From Elusimicrobiota bacterium (GTDB taxonomy: Bacteria > Elusimicrobiota > Elusimicrobia > F11): 64,000 nucleotides of DNA. The notes beneath the pieces were generated by a model, which saw only the letters and a program-made list of their open reading frames with translations, did not search any database and was not told the DNA's origin. The stretch covers positions 448,001-512,000 of the forward strand of contig JBGAON010000002.1 in NCBI GenBank assembly GCA_044221725.1. Direction: 5' to 3'. This document shows, in pieces, positions 49,169-58,994 of this stretch (within the stretch, counting starts at the first letter, position 1; every line of letters begins with the position of its first letter). Both the position numbers and the translations under genes were made by a program.

Positions 49169-51303
49169 ACACGCTAACCCAGCCCGCACAAACAAACCTT
49201 TCACCAAAATTGGATTTGTCGACGCCTGTCCAATTCATTAAAGGCGTCGGTCCCGCGAAGGCACAGATTCTTCACAAGCTTGGTATTGCAACACTCGAGG
49301 ATCTGCTGTTTTATTTCCCGCGTGATCATCAGGACCGCCGTGTCGTTTCCATCAAAGAAGCGGTTGTCGGAAAGAAATGCGCGATCGTGGCAAGCGTCGA
49401 TGATATGCAGTTTCAACGAGTAGGAAAAATGCTGGGGCAGGCGCGCGCGCGTGTTCAGGATAGCTCGGGTTCCCTGGAGGCCGTATGGTTCAAACGCCTG
49501 TCGTTCAAATACGACGTGTTCGGCGCCGTAAAGCGAGATGTTTCACCCGGGAGTCGCGTTTTCCTCTACGGCGCGGTTGAGGTGAACAATGGCGCGGTCG
49601 AAATGCGCGTTGAAGATTATGCCGTTGCGAACGCGGATCTCGAAACAGGACGCATTACACCCATTTACCGATTAACAGAGGGATTGAATGATCGCTGGCT
49701 GCGCTTGCTGATGGAACGCATTATCCCGGCGAACGCTAACAATGTTAATGACACGCTCCCATCATCATTAAAAGCGCAGCACAAGCTACTCGATTTCGCT
49801 GTTGCGTTGGAACGTTTCCATTTTCCAAAGAGTTGGGCGGACCGCGATGAAGCGCGCACGCGCCTCGCGTTCGACGAATTCTTTTTTCTCGAACTTGCTT
49901 TGGCCATCAACCGAAATGAGCGAGGACAACGATCCAAAAATTTCTCTTACGAGATTCAAAAGACGTTACTGACGCCATTTCGCCAGCAAATGGGATTTGA
50001 TTTCACGAAAGCACAGACGCGCGTGATCAACGAAATCTTCCGTGATATGCAGCGCCCGCAACCGATGAACCGCCTTTTGCAAGGCGATGTCGGCTCCGGA
50101 AAAACGATTGTGGCCCTGTCGTCCGCGCTATTGGCAATAGAAAACGGCCTTCAGGTGGCGTTGCTTGCACCCACGGAAATTTTGGCCACCCAGCACGCAT
50201 TATCCATCGGTCGCCTGTTCAAACATCTCCCTGTTTCGGTTGCGTTGTTGACCGGTTCGACCCCGCCTGCCAATCGAAAAAAAATTCTGTCGGACGTTAA
50301 AGCAGGGAGGATTCAATTGCTTATCGGTACCCACGCGATTCTCAACGCGGATGTGGTGTTTTCGAAATTGGGCCTCGTCGTGATCGACGAACAGCACCGC
50401 TTTGGCGTGCAACAACGCGCACATTTGTCGCTCAAAGAAAATCCCGTCGATGTTCTGATCATGACGGCGACCCCCATTCCTCGCACCTTGGCGCTCACCA
50501 TCTACGGCGATCTTGACGTGTCGATCATTGACGAAGTGCCCGCTGGTCGGAAACCAATAAAAACGTTTTGCGCCTCGGAAATAACGGCCATGGAACACAT
50601 TGAGCGCGAACTGGCCACCGGGCAGCAGGCGTACTTGGTATTTCCGCTGGTGGACGAATCCGAGTTGCTGCAGAAACGCGCAGGCAAAGCGGTGCTCGCT
50701 GTTAAAAAAGAGTTGGGGCGCATAAAAGCGCGTTTTTCGAAATACACGGTCGATCTTTTGCACGGCCAGATGACGTCCGAAGAAAAGCGTGGTGTGATGG
50801 ACAAGTTTCGCGCAGGAAAAACACAGCTCTTGCTTGCGACGCCCGTCATTGAGGTAGGTATTGATGTGCCCAACGCAACGGTTATCGCGATTCAAAATCC
50901 GGAACGTTTCGGGCTCGCGCAACTTCATCAGTTGAGGGGACGCGTCGGGCGTGGATCGCTTGCATCGAAATGCGTGTTGATCACCGAAACAGCGGACTCC
51001 GGTGATGAACTCGTAAGCAACCGATTGTTGTCGTTCTGTTCCATCGAAAACGGTTTCCGTCTAGCAGAAGAAGACTTAAAATTGCGCGGCCCCGGAGAAT
51101 TTCTCGGTGAAGCTCAGCATGGCACACCGTTTTTCCAAGTGGGAGATCTCGTTATGGACGGGTTGCTCATCGCGCAAACACGCGAAGCTGCACGAAGTCT
51201 TGTCGAAGGCGAAATTGCCCTTACGCTCAAAGAATTTGCACTTTTGAATCGTGTTCTGCAAAAACGCTTTGGAACGAAACTGCAACTGTCGCGAGTCGGC
51301 TAA
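49165..51303 (+). CDS. recG: ATP-dependent DNA helicase RecG
   Basis: IKGVGP, QGDVGSGKT, DEQHRFG, MTATPIPRTL, QLHQLRGRVGRG, DLKLRGPGE. Confidence 0.97.
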   Translation: MNTLTQPAQTNLSPKLDLSTPVQFIKGVGPAKAQILHKLGIATLEDLLFYFPRDHQDRRVVSIKEAVVGKKCAIVASVDDMQFQRVGKMLGQARARVQDSSGSLEAVWFKRLSFKYDVFGAVKRDVSPGSRVFLYGAVEVNNGAVEMRVEDYAVANADLETGRITPIYRLTEGLNDRWLRLLMERIIPANANNVNDTLPSSLKAQHKLLDFAVALERFHFPKSWADRDEARTRLAFDEFFFLELALAINRNERGQRSKNFSYEIQKTLLTPFRQQMGFDFTKAQTRVINEIFRDMQRPQPMNRLLQGDVGSGKTIVALSSALLAIENGLQVALLAPTEILATQHALSIGRLFKHLPVSVALLTGSTPPANRKKILSDVKAGRIQLLIGTHAILNADVVFSKLGLVVIDEQHRFGVQQRAHLSLKENPVDVLIMTATPIPRTLALTIYGDLDVSIIDEVPAGRKPIKTFCASEITAMEHIERELATGQQAYLVFPLVDESELLQKRAGKAVLAVKKELGRIKARFSKYTVDLLHGQMTSEEKRGVMDKFRAGKTQLLLATPVIEVGIDVPNATVIAIQNPERFGLAQLHQLRGRVGRGSLASKCVLITETADSGDELVSNRLLSFCSIENGFRLAEEDLKLRGPGEFLGEAQHGTPFFQVGDLVMDGLLIAQTREAARSLVEGEIALTLKEFALLNRVLQKRFGTKLQLSRVG

Positions 51304-51313
51304 CAGGAGACGT

Positions 51314-51811
51314 GTGAAAAAAAACAAACATATAGCGATTTATCCGGGAACATTCGATCCCATAACGTTTGGGCACCTCGATATTCTGGAACGTGCCACG
51401 CACATTTTTGATGAGGTGATTGTCGCCATTTCACGACAAAATTCAAAAACCACACTTTTTTCGATGGATGAGCGGGTGGAACTCGTGGGTCGTGTTATTT
51501 CTCAAAAGAAATTTCAATGTCCGGTTCGCGTCGAGGTTTTTTCAGGATTGTTGGTACGGTTCGCGAAGAAATGCGGCGTTTCGACTTTGGTTCGTGGGTT
51601 GCGCGCTATTTCGGATTTTGAATACGAATTTCAAATGGCTCTCATGAACCGGCACCAAGCGTCTGACATCGAAACCGTGTTTTTAATGCCCGATGAGCGA
51701 TTTGTGTATCTGTCATCGTCTATGGTGCGAACCATCGCGCGGTTGGATGGGAACCTGCAAGCGTTTCTTCCGAAACCGGTGCTCGCCGCATTAAAAAAGA
51801 AGTTTAAATAG
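51314..51811 (+). CDS. coaD: Phosphopantetheine adenylyltransferase
   Basis: YPGTFDPITFGH, RGLRAISDFEYE, LSSS; GTG 51314 follows AGGAG. Confidence 0.95.
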   Translation: MKKNKHIAIYPGTFDPITFGHLDILERATHIFDEVIVAISRQNSKTTLFSMDERVELVGRVISQKKFQCPVRVEVFSGLLVRFAKKCGVSTLVRGLRAISDFEYEFQMALMNRHQASDIETVFLMPDERFVYLSSSMVRTIARLDGNLQAFLPKPVLAALKKKFK

Positions 51812-51823
51812 CAACCGGATCTA

Positions 51824-51852
51824 TTGACACGCCGGATGAAGCCGGCTAGATT
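51824..51852 (+). promoter_or_regulatory. Sigma70 promoter for pta-pilB-pilT-pilC, leaderless configuration
   Basis: TTGACA (51824-51829), 17 nt, TAGATT (51847-51852), 6 nt, GTG 51859. Confidence 0.7.
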
Positions 51853-51858
51853 TCTTAG

Positions 51859-52803
51859 GTGTTTTCTTATAGTGATTTCTGGTCAAAACTTGCCTCGCTC
51901 CCGACAAAACCTGTTCGCATCGCGTTCACCGACCCCTCCGATCCTCGCGTACGAGACGCTTGCCAGACGGTGTCCGATAAGGCCCTTATCGAACCGGTGT
52001 TGGTGAAGGATTTCTCCGAAATTTCCGAAGGTCGACTGCGCGAAATTCTCTCCACTTCGCAAAAGAAACAAAACCCAGATCCCAAAATAATCGACGCGCA
52101 GCTTCGTGACCCGCTTTACCACGGGATCGGCCTTTTGCTCGAGGGTAAAGTTTTGGGGCTTGTCGGCGGAAGCACGAGGCCAACCTCCGATATTGTTCGA
52201 GCGGCACTGCAATGTGTGGGACCGCGGCCCGGTGCAAAACTCGTTTCGGGACAATTCTTTATCGAGACGGAGAAACGCATGAGCGCGGACCAAACACCGT
52301 TTTTGTTTGCTGATTGCGCAGTCATGCCGGAACCTTCGCCTCGCGCGCTTGCGATTGTCGCAACAAGTGCGGCCGAATCTTTTCGGTTCTTCACAGGCAA
52401 AACACCGCGTGTCGCATTTCTCTCGTTTTCCACAAGAGACAGCGCCCAAAGCCCGCTGGTGGACAGAATTAAAGAAGCCCTGGAAATTACCCGTAAACTT
52501 GATGCAAATTTGATTGTGGATGGGGAACTACAAGTCGACGCAGCATTGGATGCCGATGTGGCATTGATAAAAAACGCAGCCGATTCACCTGTTGCTGGTA
52601 AAGCGAACGTTTTCGTCTTTCCAACCTTGGAGGCGGGAAACATTGGATATAAATTGGTCCAACGCTTTTCGAATGCGCGCATTGCAGGCCCTCTGTTGTG
52701 GGGACTGAACAAACCTGTCAGCGACTTGTCGCGTGGTTGCACCGTTCAGGAAATAATCGATTCGGCGCTGTGCGTCGCCATGATGGCCAAGCGAGCGATC
52801 TGA
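51859..52803 (+). CDS. pta: Phosphate acetyl/butyryltransferase family protein (short, divergent Pta)
   Basis: FADCAV, AFLSFST, DGELQVDAA, ANVFVFPTLEAGNIGYK, PVSDLSRG. Confidence 0.85.
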   Translation: MFSYSDFWSKLASLPTKPVRIAFTDPSDPRVRDACQTVSDKALIEPVLVKDFSEISEGRLREILSTSQKKQNPDPKIIDAQLRDPLYHGIGLLLEGKVLGLVGGSTRPTSDIVRAALQCVGPRPGAKLVSGQFFIETEKRMSADQTPFLFADCAVMPEPSPRALAIVATSAAESFRFFTGKTPRVAFLSFSTRDSAQSPLVDRIKEALEITRKLDANLIVDGELQVDAALDADVALIKNAADSPVAGKANVFVFPTLEAGNIGYKLVQRFSNARIAGPLLWGLNKPVSDLSRGCTVQEIIDSALCVAMMAKRAI

Positions 52804-52804
52804 G

Positions 52805-54562
52805 ATGGGTGTTCGGTATCTCAACTCAGCTCGCAAACGACTCGGTGATTATCTCGTTGAACTGGGATTTATAACGGAGGAACAACTCGAGGTCGCTCTT
52901 CGCGAACAAAAAGACAAAGGCGGAAAACTTGGATCCATCCTGATTCAGCTCGGAATTCTGTCGGAGGACATTTTACTGGCGATTCTTGGCAAGCAATCGG
53001 GCGTCTCCTACGTGTCACTGGAAGAGTACGGAGAGATTCCTGATGAAGCGATTCAAACCGTTCCAGAAACAATCGCGCGTAACCAGATGCTTGTTCCGAT
53101 TAAGAAAGAGGGGAATCTGTTAACGATCGCCATTGCGGATCCACTGAACGTTTTTGCAACAGACGATCTCAAACTTTTAACCGGATGTGACATTCGCATG
53201 GTGGTCGCATCCGATAACGAGATCAAAGCTGCGCTTGAGAAGTACTATCAGAAAAGAAGGCCCAAAAAATCGGAAATGCCGATGCACGAGGAAGCCGCGG
53301 AAATGAATCTCGCGGAAGCATCGGGGGCCGCCGATATTGAGATTGTTCGCGAGTCGTTTGATGTTGAGGGGGATGGCGAGGGCGCGCCCGCCGTGAAAGT
53401 CGCGAATTTTATTTTGGCGGATTCCGTCCGGAAAGGGGCCAGCGATATCCACATCGAACCGCTCGAAACGAAAATTGTGGTTCGATTCCGAATTGACGGC
53501 GTTCTGCAAGTTCAACCGTCACCACCGAAGAAAGTTCAGAGTTCACTTATCTCCCGTATAAAAATTATGGGCGACATGGATATTTCGGAGCGCCGCGTGC
53601 CCCAGGACGGCCGCACGAAGATTCAAGTTGAAGGTCGCATGCTTGATATCCGTATTTCGACCATTCCCACCGTTTACGGCGAAAAAATCGTGATGCGATT
53701 ACTCGATCCCCAAGGCTTGCAACTCGACCTGAGCCAGCTGGGATTTGATCAACGCGAGCTAACGGTTTTTAAAAGAAATATTCATGCGGCGAACGGAATG
53801 ATTCTCGTAACGGGCCCAACCGGTTCTGGTAAAACCACGACGCTGTATTCGGCATTGTCGATATTGAACGAACCCGACACAAACATCATCACGATTGAAG
53901 ATCCAGTCGAATATATCTTGCCAGGAATTAATCAGGTACAAGCAAAGCCCGACATTGGTCTCACGTTTGCGACCGGGCTGCGTGCTTTTTTGCGCCAAGA
54001 TCCCGACGTCATCATGGTCGGTGAAATCCGTGACAAAGAAACCGGCGAAATTGCTGGCAATGCCGCTTTAACCGGCCACCTCGTGTTGGCCACGTTGCAC
54101 ACAAACGATGCCCCGAGCACGGTGGTACGCCTTTTGAACATGGGGGTCGAACCCGTTCTCATTTCAGCAACGTTGAGAATGGTCATTGCTCAGCGCTTGC
54201 TGCGACGTATTTGCAGCGGTTGCAAGGTCCCATACAAGATGAGCGGCGGGGAATTGGCAGCACTTGGTGTACAGGTTTCCGTTGAAACGACAGCCGAAGT
54301 GACCGTTTATAAAGGGACCGGCTGCGACGTCTGTCACAAATCGGGTTACAAAGGACGCGTCGGTGTTTATGAAGTGATGGAATTGAGCGATGAGATGAAG
54401 CAATTAATCGTTAGGAAAGCGTCGCCCTCTGAAATTCGTATGGCCGCGTCACGAACGGGAGTTGAAACGCTTCGGGAAGTGGCCGTTAAAAAAATGTTGG
54501 CTGGACTTACGACCTTGGACGAAGTCGTTCGCGTGACGGTAGCGGACAATAACGCGGAGTGA
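52805..54562 (+). CDS. pilB: Type IV pilus assembly ATPase with N-terminal MshEN domain
   Basis: RLGDYLVELGFI..QL..AL.EQ MshEN motif, ASDIHIEP, GPTGSGKTTT, GEIRD, two CxxC. Confidence 0.95.
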   Translation: MGVRYLNSARKRLGDYLVELGFITEEQLEVALREQKDKGGKLGSILIQLGILSEDILLAILGKQSGVSYVSLEEYGEIPDEAIQTVPETIARNQMLVPIKKEGNLLTIAIADPLNVFATDDLKLLTGCDIRMVVASDNEIKAALEKYYQKRRPKKSEMPMHEEAAEMNLAEASGAADIEIVRESFDVEGDGEGAPAVKVANFILADSVRKGASDIHIEPLETKIVVRFRIDGVLQVQPSPPKKVQSSLISRIKIMGDMDISERRVPQDGRTKIQVEGRMLDIRISTIPTVYGEKIVMRLLDPQGLQLDLSQLGFDQRELTVFKRNIHAANGMILVTGPTGSGKTTTLYSALSILNEPDTNIITIEDPVEYILPGINQVQAKPDIGLTFATGLRAFLRQDPDVIMVGEIRDKETGEIAGNAALTGHLVLATLHTNDAPSTVVRLLNMGVEPVLISATLRMVIAQRLLRRICSGCKVPYKMSGGELAALGVQVSVETTAEVTVYKGTGCDVCHKSGYKGRVGVYEVMELSDEMKQLIVRKASPSEIRMAASRTGVETLREVAVKKMLAGLTTLDEVVRVTVADNNAE

Positions 54563-54565
54563 TCA

Positions 54566-55651
54566 ATGATTAATATGAGCGATCTTCTATTAATGATGGT
54601 GCAGAAACGCGCATCGGATCTTCACCTCACCTCGGGCACCTCACCAATGCTGCGCATCGATGGACAAGTGACGGCAACGCCGTTCGAAAAATTAACGCCG
54701 GATATTTGTCAGCGTTTAATTTACTCGTTGCTTACCGATCAACAACGGCAAGTTTTCGAAGCAAAAAGCGAACTTGATCTTTCCTTCGGCATCAAGGGCG
54801 TGGGGCGCGTAAGAATGAATGTATTTCGCCAACGTGGCAGCGTCGGGGCTGCGTTGCGGTCGATCCCATCGACGTTTATGACGTTTGAAGAACTCGGAAT
54901 GTCGGATATTGTTTATGAAGTGGTCGGACGTCCCCGCGGGCTTGTGCTTGTGACAGGGCCCACCGGATCGGGAAAATCGACCACGCTTGCTTCAATGATT
55001 GATTACCTTAATGAAAACCGATCAGGACACATAATCACAATAGAAGACCCGATCGAATATATTCACCATCATAAAAAGTGCATCATCAACCAACGCGAAA
55101 TCGGACAAGACACAACAAGTTTTCCTTCGGCTTTAAAATACGTGCTTCGCCAAGATCCCGACATCATCCTTATCGGCGAAATGCGAGACCTCGAAACGAT
55201 TCAAGCAGCGATCACAATTGCGGAAACGGGTCACTTGGTGTTCGCCACGCTGCACACAAACGATGCAAAGTCGACCATCAACCGCATCATTGATGTTTTT
55301 CCAGCACATCAGCAAAATCAGGTCCGTAACCAACTATCACTGGTTCTTAAGGCTGTATTCACACAGTCGCTTATTCCTCACGCGAATGGGACCGGGCGCG
55401 TTCTCTGCTGCGAGATTTTGATCGTTACTTCCGCCATCGAAAATCTTATCCGCGAAGGGAAAGTTGAACAGATTCCGATGCTCATGCAAACCGGTGGAAA
55501 ATTTGGCATGCAAACCTTCAATCAAGCACTTGCCGATCTCGTCGCGAAACGAAAGATTTCTCAAAAACAAGCCGTGGAACACTCGTCGGACCCGGAAGAA
55601 CTGATCAAATTGATTAACCAACGCACCGGCGCAGGTGCGACGAGAAGTTAG
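54566..55651 (+). CDS. pilT: Type IV pilus retraction ATPase
   Basis: ASDLHL, GPTGSGKST, GEMRD, GHLVFATLH, AIENLIRE. Confidence 0.95.
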   Translation: MINMSDLLLMMVQKRASDLHLTSGTSPMLRIDGQVTATPFEKLTPDICQRLIYSLLTDQQRQVFEAKSELDLSFGIKGVGRVRMNVFRQRGSVGAALRSIPSTFMTFEELGMSDIVYEVVGRPRGLVLVTGPTGSGKSTTLASMIDYLNENRSGHIITIEDPIEYIHHHKKCIINQREIGQDTTSFPSALKYVLRQDPDIILIGEMRDLETIQAAITIAETGHLVFATLHTNDAKSTINRIIDVFPAHQQNQVRNQLSLVLKAVFTQSLIPHANGTGRVLCCEILIVTSAIENLIREGKVEQIPMLMQTGGKFGMQTFNQALADLVAKRKISQKQAVEHSSDPEELIKLINQRTGAGATRS

Positions 55652-55659
55652 GAGGATCT

Positions 55660-56883
55660 ATGCCAGCTTTTGCATACAAAGCGAAGATGCTTACGGGGGG
55701 AATGACCGAAGGGCTCATTGAAGCGTCCGACCAAAAAGCTGCGGTCGATCAACTTCGTGCACAAAAGCTCGTACCACTCGAAATCAACGAATCCGCGCCA
55801 CCATTGTTTGAAAAAATCATGGCGTTTTTGCCGTTCAAGCCGACCGTTAAAGCAAAAGAACTTGTGCTTTTTTCTCGTCAACTTTCCACATTGGTGTCGG
55901 CCGGTGTCCCGCTCGTGCAGGGTCTCTCCATTCTTGAAGAACAAGTTGAAAGCAAGCTTTTCAAAAGCATCGTTCACCAAATAAAGGATGACATTGAAGC
56001 CGGGCAGTCCATTACGGACGCGCTTCGTAAACACCCCAACGCTTTTGAAGAACTTTATGTTTCAATGATCAAGGCCGGCGAAGTCGGCGGTATTCTCGAT
56101 ATTATTCTCGAACGTCTCTCGGCTTACTTGGAAGCAGCTGAAAATTTGAAAGGGAAAGTCAAAGGCGCGATGATGTATCCCTTGGTTGTCAGTATCATTG
56201 CAACGGCCGTCACGCTCTTCTTGTTGATGGGCGTAATCCCAACATTTTCATCCATCTTCGCGGGATTTGGCGCGGAGCTGCCGTGGATCACTCAGCTCCT
56301 TATTAATGTGTCGTTTGGTTTGCGGCGCTTTTGGTTCTTGGTATTGGGCGCGCCCGTTATCGGGTTTGTTGTTTTGAAACAATACGCAAAGACGGAAATC
56401 GGACGTCGCAATCTCGACTCGGTTATGTTGAAACTCCCCATTTTCGGTGTACTGCTAAAGAAAGTTGCTGTTGCAAAATTTACACGCACGCTGGGCACCT
56501 TAATTAAATCTGGTGTTCCCATTCTGTCCGCTCTGGAAACGGTTGCAAAGACGTCCGGCAATCGTGTGATTGAAATCGCTATCATGACCGCTCGCGAATC
56601 CGTCAAGGAGGGCGAACGCATCGCCATCCAATTAAAAAAGGCCAATATTTTTCCGCCCATGGTTATCCAGATGGTCGCGATTGGAGAAGAAACTGGTAAT
56701 CTCGATACCATGCTTGCCAAAATTGCCGACTTCTACGACCAAGAAGTTGACACCGCCGTTAAAGCCCTCACTTCCATGATTGAACCGATCATCATCGTGG
56801 TTATGGGCGTCGTGATTGGATTCATTGTTATCGCGATGTTCTTGCCAATGTTCGAACTCGGAAGTTTGGCGGGCCGCGGCTAA
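55660..56883 (+). CDS. pilC: Type IV pilus platform protein (T2SS F family)
   Basis: FSRQLSTLVSAGVP, GEVGGIL, GEETGNL, IEPIIIV..AMFLPMF; SD AGGAGG. Confidence 0.95.
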   Translation: MPAFAYKAKMLTGGMTEGLIEASDQKAAVDQLRAQKLVPLEINESAPPLFEKIMAFLPFKPTVKAKELVLFSRQLSTLVSAGVPLVQGLSILEEQVESKLFKSIVHQIKDDIEAGQSITDALRKHPNAFEELYVSMIKAGEVGGILDIILERLSAYLEAAENLKGKVKGAMMYPLVVSIIATAVTLFLLMGVIPTFSSIFAGFGAELPWITQLLINVSFGLRRFWFLVLGAPVIGFVVLKQYAKTEIGRRNLDSVMLKLPIFGVLLKKVAVAKFTRTLGTLIKSGVPILSALETVAKTSGNRVIEIAIMTARESVKEGERIAIQLKKANIFPPMVIQMVAIGEETGNLDTMLAKIADFYDQEVDTAVKALTSMIEPIIIVVMGVVIGFIVIAMFLPMFELGSLAGRG

Positions 56884-56907
56884 CAGCGCTTCATTCGTTT
56901 AAACCGA

Positions 56908-58908
56908 ATGCGGCCCGCTCCTTCGTCTCTGCTGTTAGCGCTGTATGCTGCCGTATTGACGACAATTATTCCTAGTTATTTTCTTGCCTATCCAATTCCG
57001 GATTTCCTAGCAAAAATCTCGTCGCTTCTTGGCGGAGTGCTCATATTTGTGCAAGCGCTTTGCTTGGGTCGCTTAATCCTGACGCGATTTGTGCCAGCGT
57101 CCCAACTTCAAGACAAAAGTAATGCGTTTCGATTGGTCTGTTCGGTATGGCTTGGAGTAGGCACAATGGGATTCGCCATTCTCATTCTCGGGTGGGCTAT
57201 TCCGGGCGTGCTCACACCGAAGCTACTGCTCTTTAATATTGTCCTCACAATTCTAGTTTTGGTCCAAGCAAAGTCATTGCTAACCGGTTCATGCCGCCTG
57301 TTGCCAATGGAAATCGGTCTCGCATGGAAAGAAATTGTCATCTGCGGAATCATCGGTTGTGGATTGCTCGTCACGTTTGTTACGTGTTTCTCTCCGGTTA
57401 CCTATTACGATTCCCTCGTGTACCATCTTGCCCTGCCGGGACTGTACGATCGGATGGGAAGGGTCCAAATGATTCCGTCAAATCTTTATTCTTTTTTCCC
57501 GGCGTCCATTGAAATGATTTTCTTGTATGGCATAAATCAATTCCCAAATCCGGAGTACGTTATCAATGTATGGCAATGGCTCGTCACAGGCGCCTTAAGT
57601 ATCGCGGTCGCCGAATGGACCTTTGAGCTTTGCGGAAAGAGGGCAGCGATAATTTCACTCGTTCTCTGGTGGACAATGCCCGCCGTGCTTTTGCTTACCA
57701 CCGGAGCGTACGTCGATCTGCCGCTCGGCGGGTTCGTTTTCCTTAGCATGCGGTGTTTTCAATTTGGTCGCAATGAAAGCAACGCCAAATGGCTTGTTTT
57801 AAGTGGGCTCTTTTCCGGATTCGCAATGGCAACCAAATACACCGGCGCTGTTTGTCCAATTATTCTTACGTCCGTTTTGCTTTTCGATTTCGTTCGGTTC
57901 AAGAGAATTTCGATGCGCTTGGTGTGTTTGTTTGTCTTTTCAGCCGCTGTTCCTATTGTGCCGTGGCTTGTCAAAAATTGGATGGCGATTGGAAACCCGG
58001 TTTTTCCTTTTCTTTACAAATGGCTCGGAGGCGCCGACGGTTGGACGGCCGAAAACGCTGCAGGATATTTTCGGCAACTGACGGACTACGAAATGAAAAG
58101 CAGACTTTTTTTTGAATTGGCGCGTGCCCCTTGGAGTCTTGCCACGTCCGCAACACGGTTCGGCGGCGGATTTGACGTGCTCGGAGATTTCGGTTGGCCC
58201 TTGATCCTATTTTCCGCGCCGCTCGCCATTTTCTTATCTTATCGAACCGCGTCAGTGCGGTTTTTGACTCTGTTCAGTTTGATTCAATTTTTCATTTGGT
58301 TCTGCACCAAGCCGGTGTTCCGATTTCTTGTTCCATCTCTGCCCGTGGCGATTTTGTTAAGTGCAATTGCGATTAATCGGTTGACGAGCGACCCGCGCGC
58401 GCCCGTTCGCATTATCAGCTATTCATTGATCGCTCCGTGGTTAATTTCAAACTTTTTCCTGTACTGGTTTATTGTCCAAGGACTTCAACCCTTCTCGGTT
58501 TCGCTTGGCTACGAAACTCGAAACGAATATCTTTCTCGGCGTTTAAATTTTTATCCCGTATTTGAACGCCTAAATTTAATGGATTCCCAAGAGAAGGTGT
58601 TTGTATTGGGGGAACAAAGAACCTTCCATTTATCGGTGCCGTTTGTTGCATCGAATCTGTTTTCCGTTTCTCCTCTATCGTCGGTCAGCAACCGGGCACG
58701 GACCGATGAAGAAATCCTTAAATTTCTCGATTTGAACAAGATCTCATTCCTTCTTATTAATGAAGGGGAAATCGAGCGACTCGGAGGATACCGCAAATTT
58801 GGCTTTACAAATGAGGGCGAGCGCGCGCTGCGAGGGTTCGTTTCGCGTCACACCTCGCTAACTTTCGAGAATCGACGCGTTAATTTGTATCGAATCAACA
58901 ACTATTGA
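56908..58908 (+). CDS. Polytopic membrane protein, GT-C (ArnT/PMT-like) glycosyltransferase candidate
   Basis: More than 12 hydrophobic segments; acidic loop [44 protein letters not shown]; soluble C-terminal tail. Confidence 0.7.
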   Translation: MRPAPSSLLLALYAAVLTTIIPSYFLAYPIPDFLAKISSLLGGVLIFVQALCLGRLILTRFVPASQLQDKSNAFRLVCSVWLGVGTMGFAILILGWAIPGVLTPKLLLFNIVLTILVLVQAKSLLTGSCRLLPMEIGLAWKEIVICGIIGCGLLVTFVTCFSPVTYYDSLVYHLALPGLYDRMGRVQMIPSNLYSFFPASIEMIFLYGINQFPNPEYVINVWQWLVTGALSIAVAEWTFELCGKRAAIISLVLWWTMPAVLLLTTGAYVDLPLGGFVFLSMRCFQFGRNESNAKWLVLSGLFSGFAMATKYTGAVCPIILTSVLLFDFVRFKRISMRLVCLFVFSAAVPIVPWLVKNWMAIGNPVFPFLYKWLGGADGWTAENAAGYFRQLTDYEMKSRLFFELARAPWSLATSATRFGGGFDVLGDFGWPLILFSAPLAIFLSYRTASVRFLTLFSLIQFFIWFCTKPVFRFLVPSLPVAILLSAIAINRLTSDPRAPVRIISYSLIAPWLISNFFLYWFIVQGLQPFSVSLGYETRNEYLSRRLNFYPVFERLNLMDSQEKVFVLGEQRTFHLSVPFVASNLFSVSPLSSVSNRARTDEEILKFLDLNKISFLLINEGEIERLGGYRKFGFTNEGERALRGFVSRHTSLTFENRRVNLYRINNY

Positions 58909-58933
58909 CAGCAAATTTTCCAGACGTTATACT
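58905..58933 (+). promoter_or_regulatory. Near-consensus sigma70 promoter of the pilin gene
   Basis: TTGACA (58905-58910), 17 nt, TATACT (58928-58933). Confidence 0.8.
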
Positions 58934-58994
58934 GAAGCCATTGCAAGTAAAGCGCTTTAACACGCGATTACTTACAAAAGGAGGTCGACGTAAA

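Noticed and set aside
51824..52006. 60-aa ORF starting at TTG 51824 (likewise TTG 58905 and TTG 2101 starts)
   Set aside because: These TTGs are the first bases of -35 boxes; better starts exist downstream.
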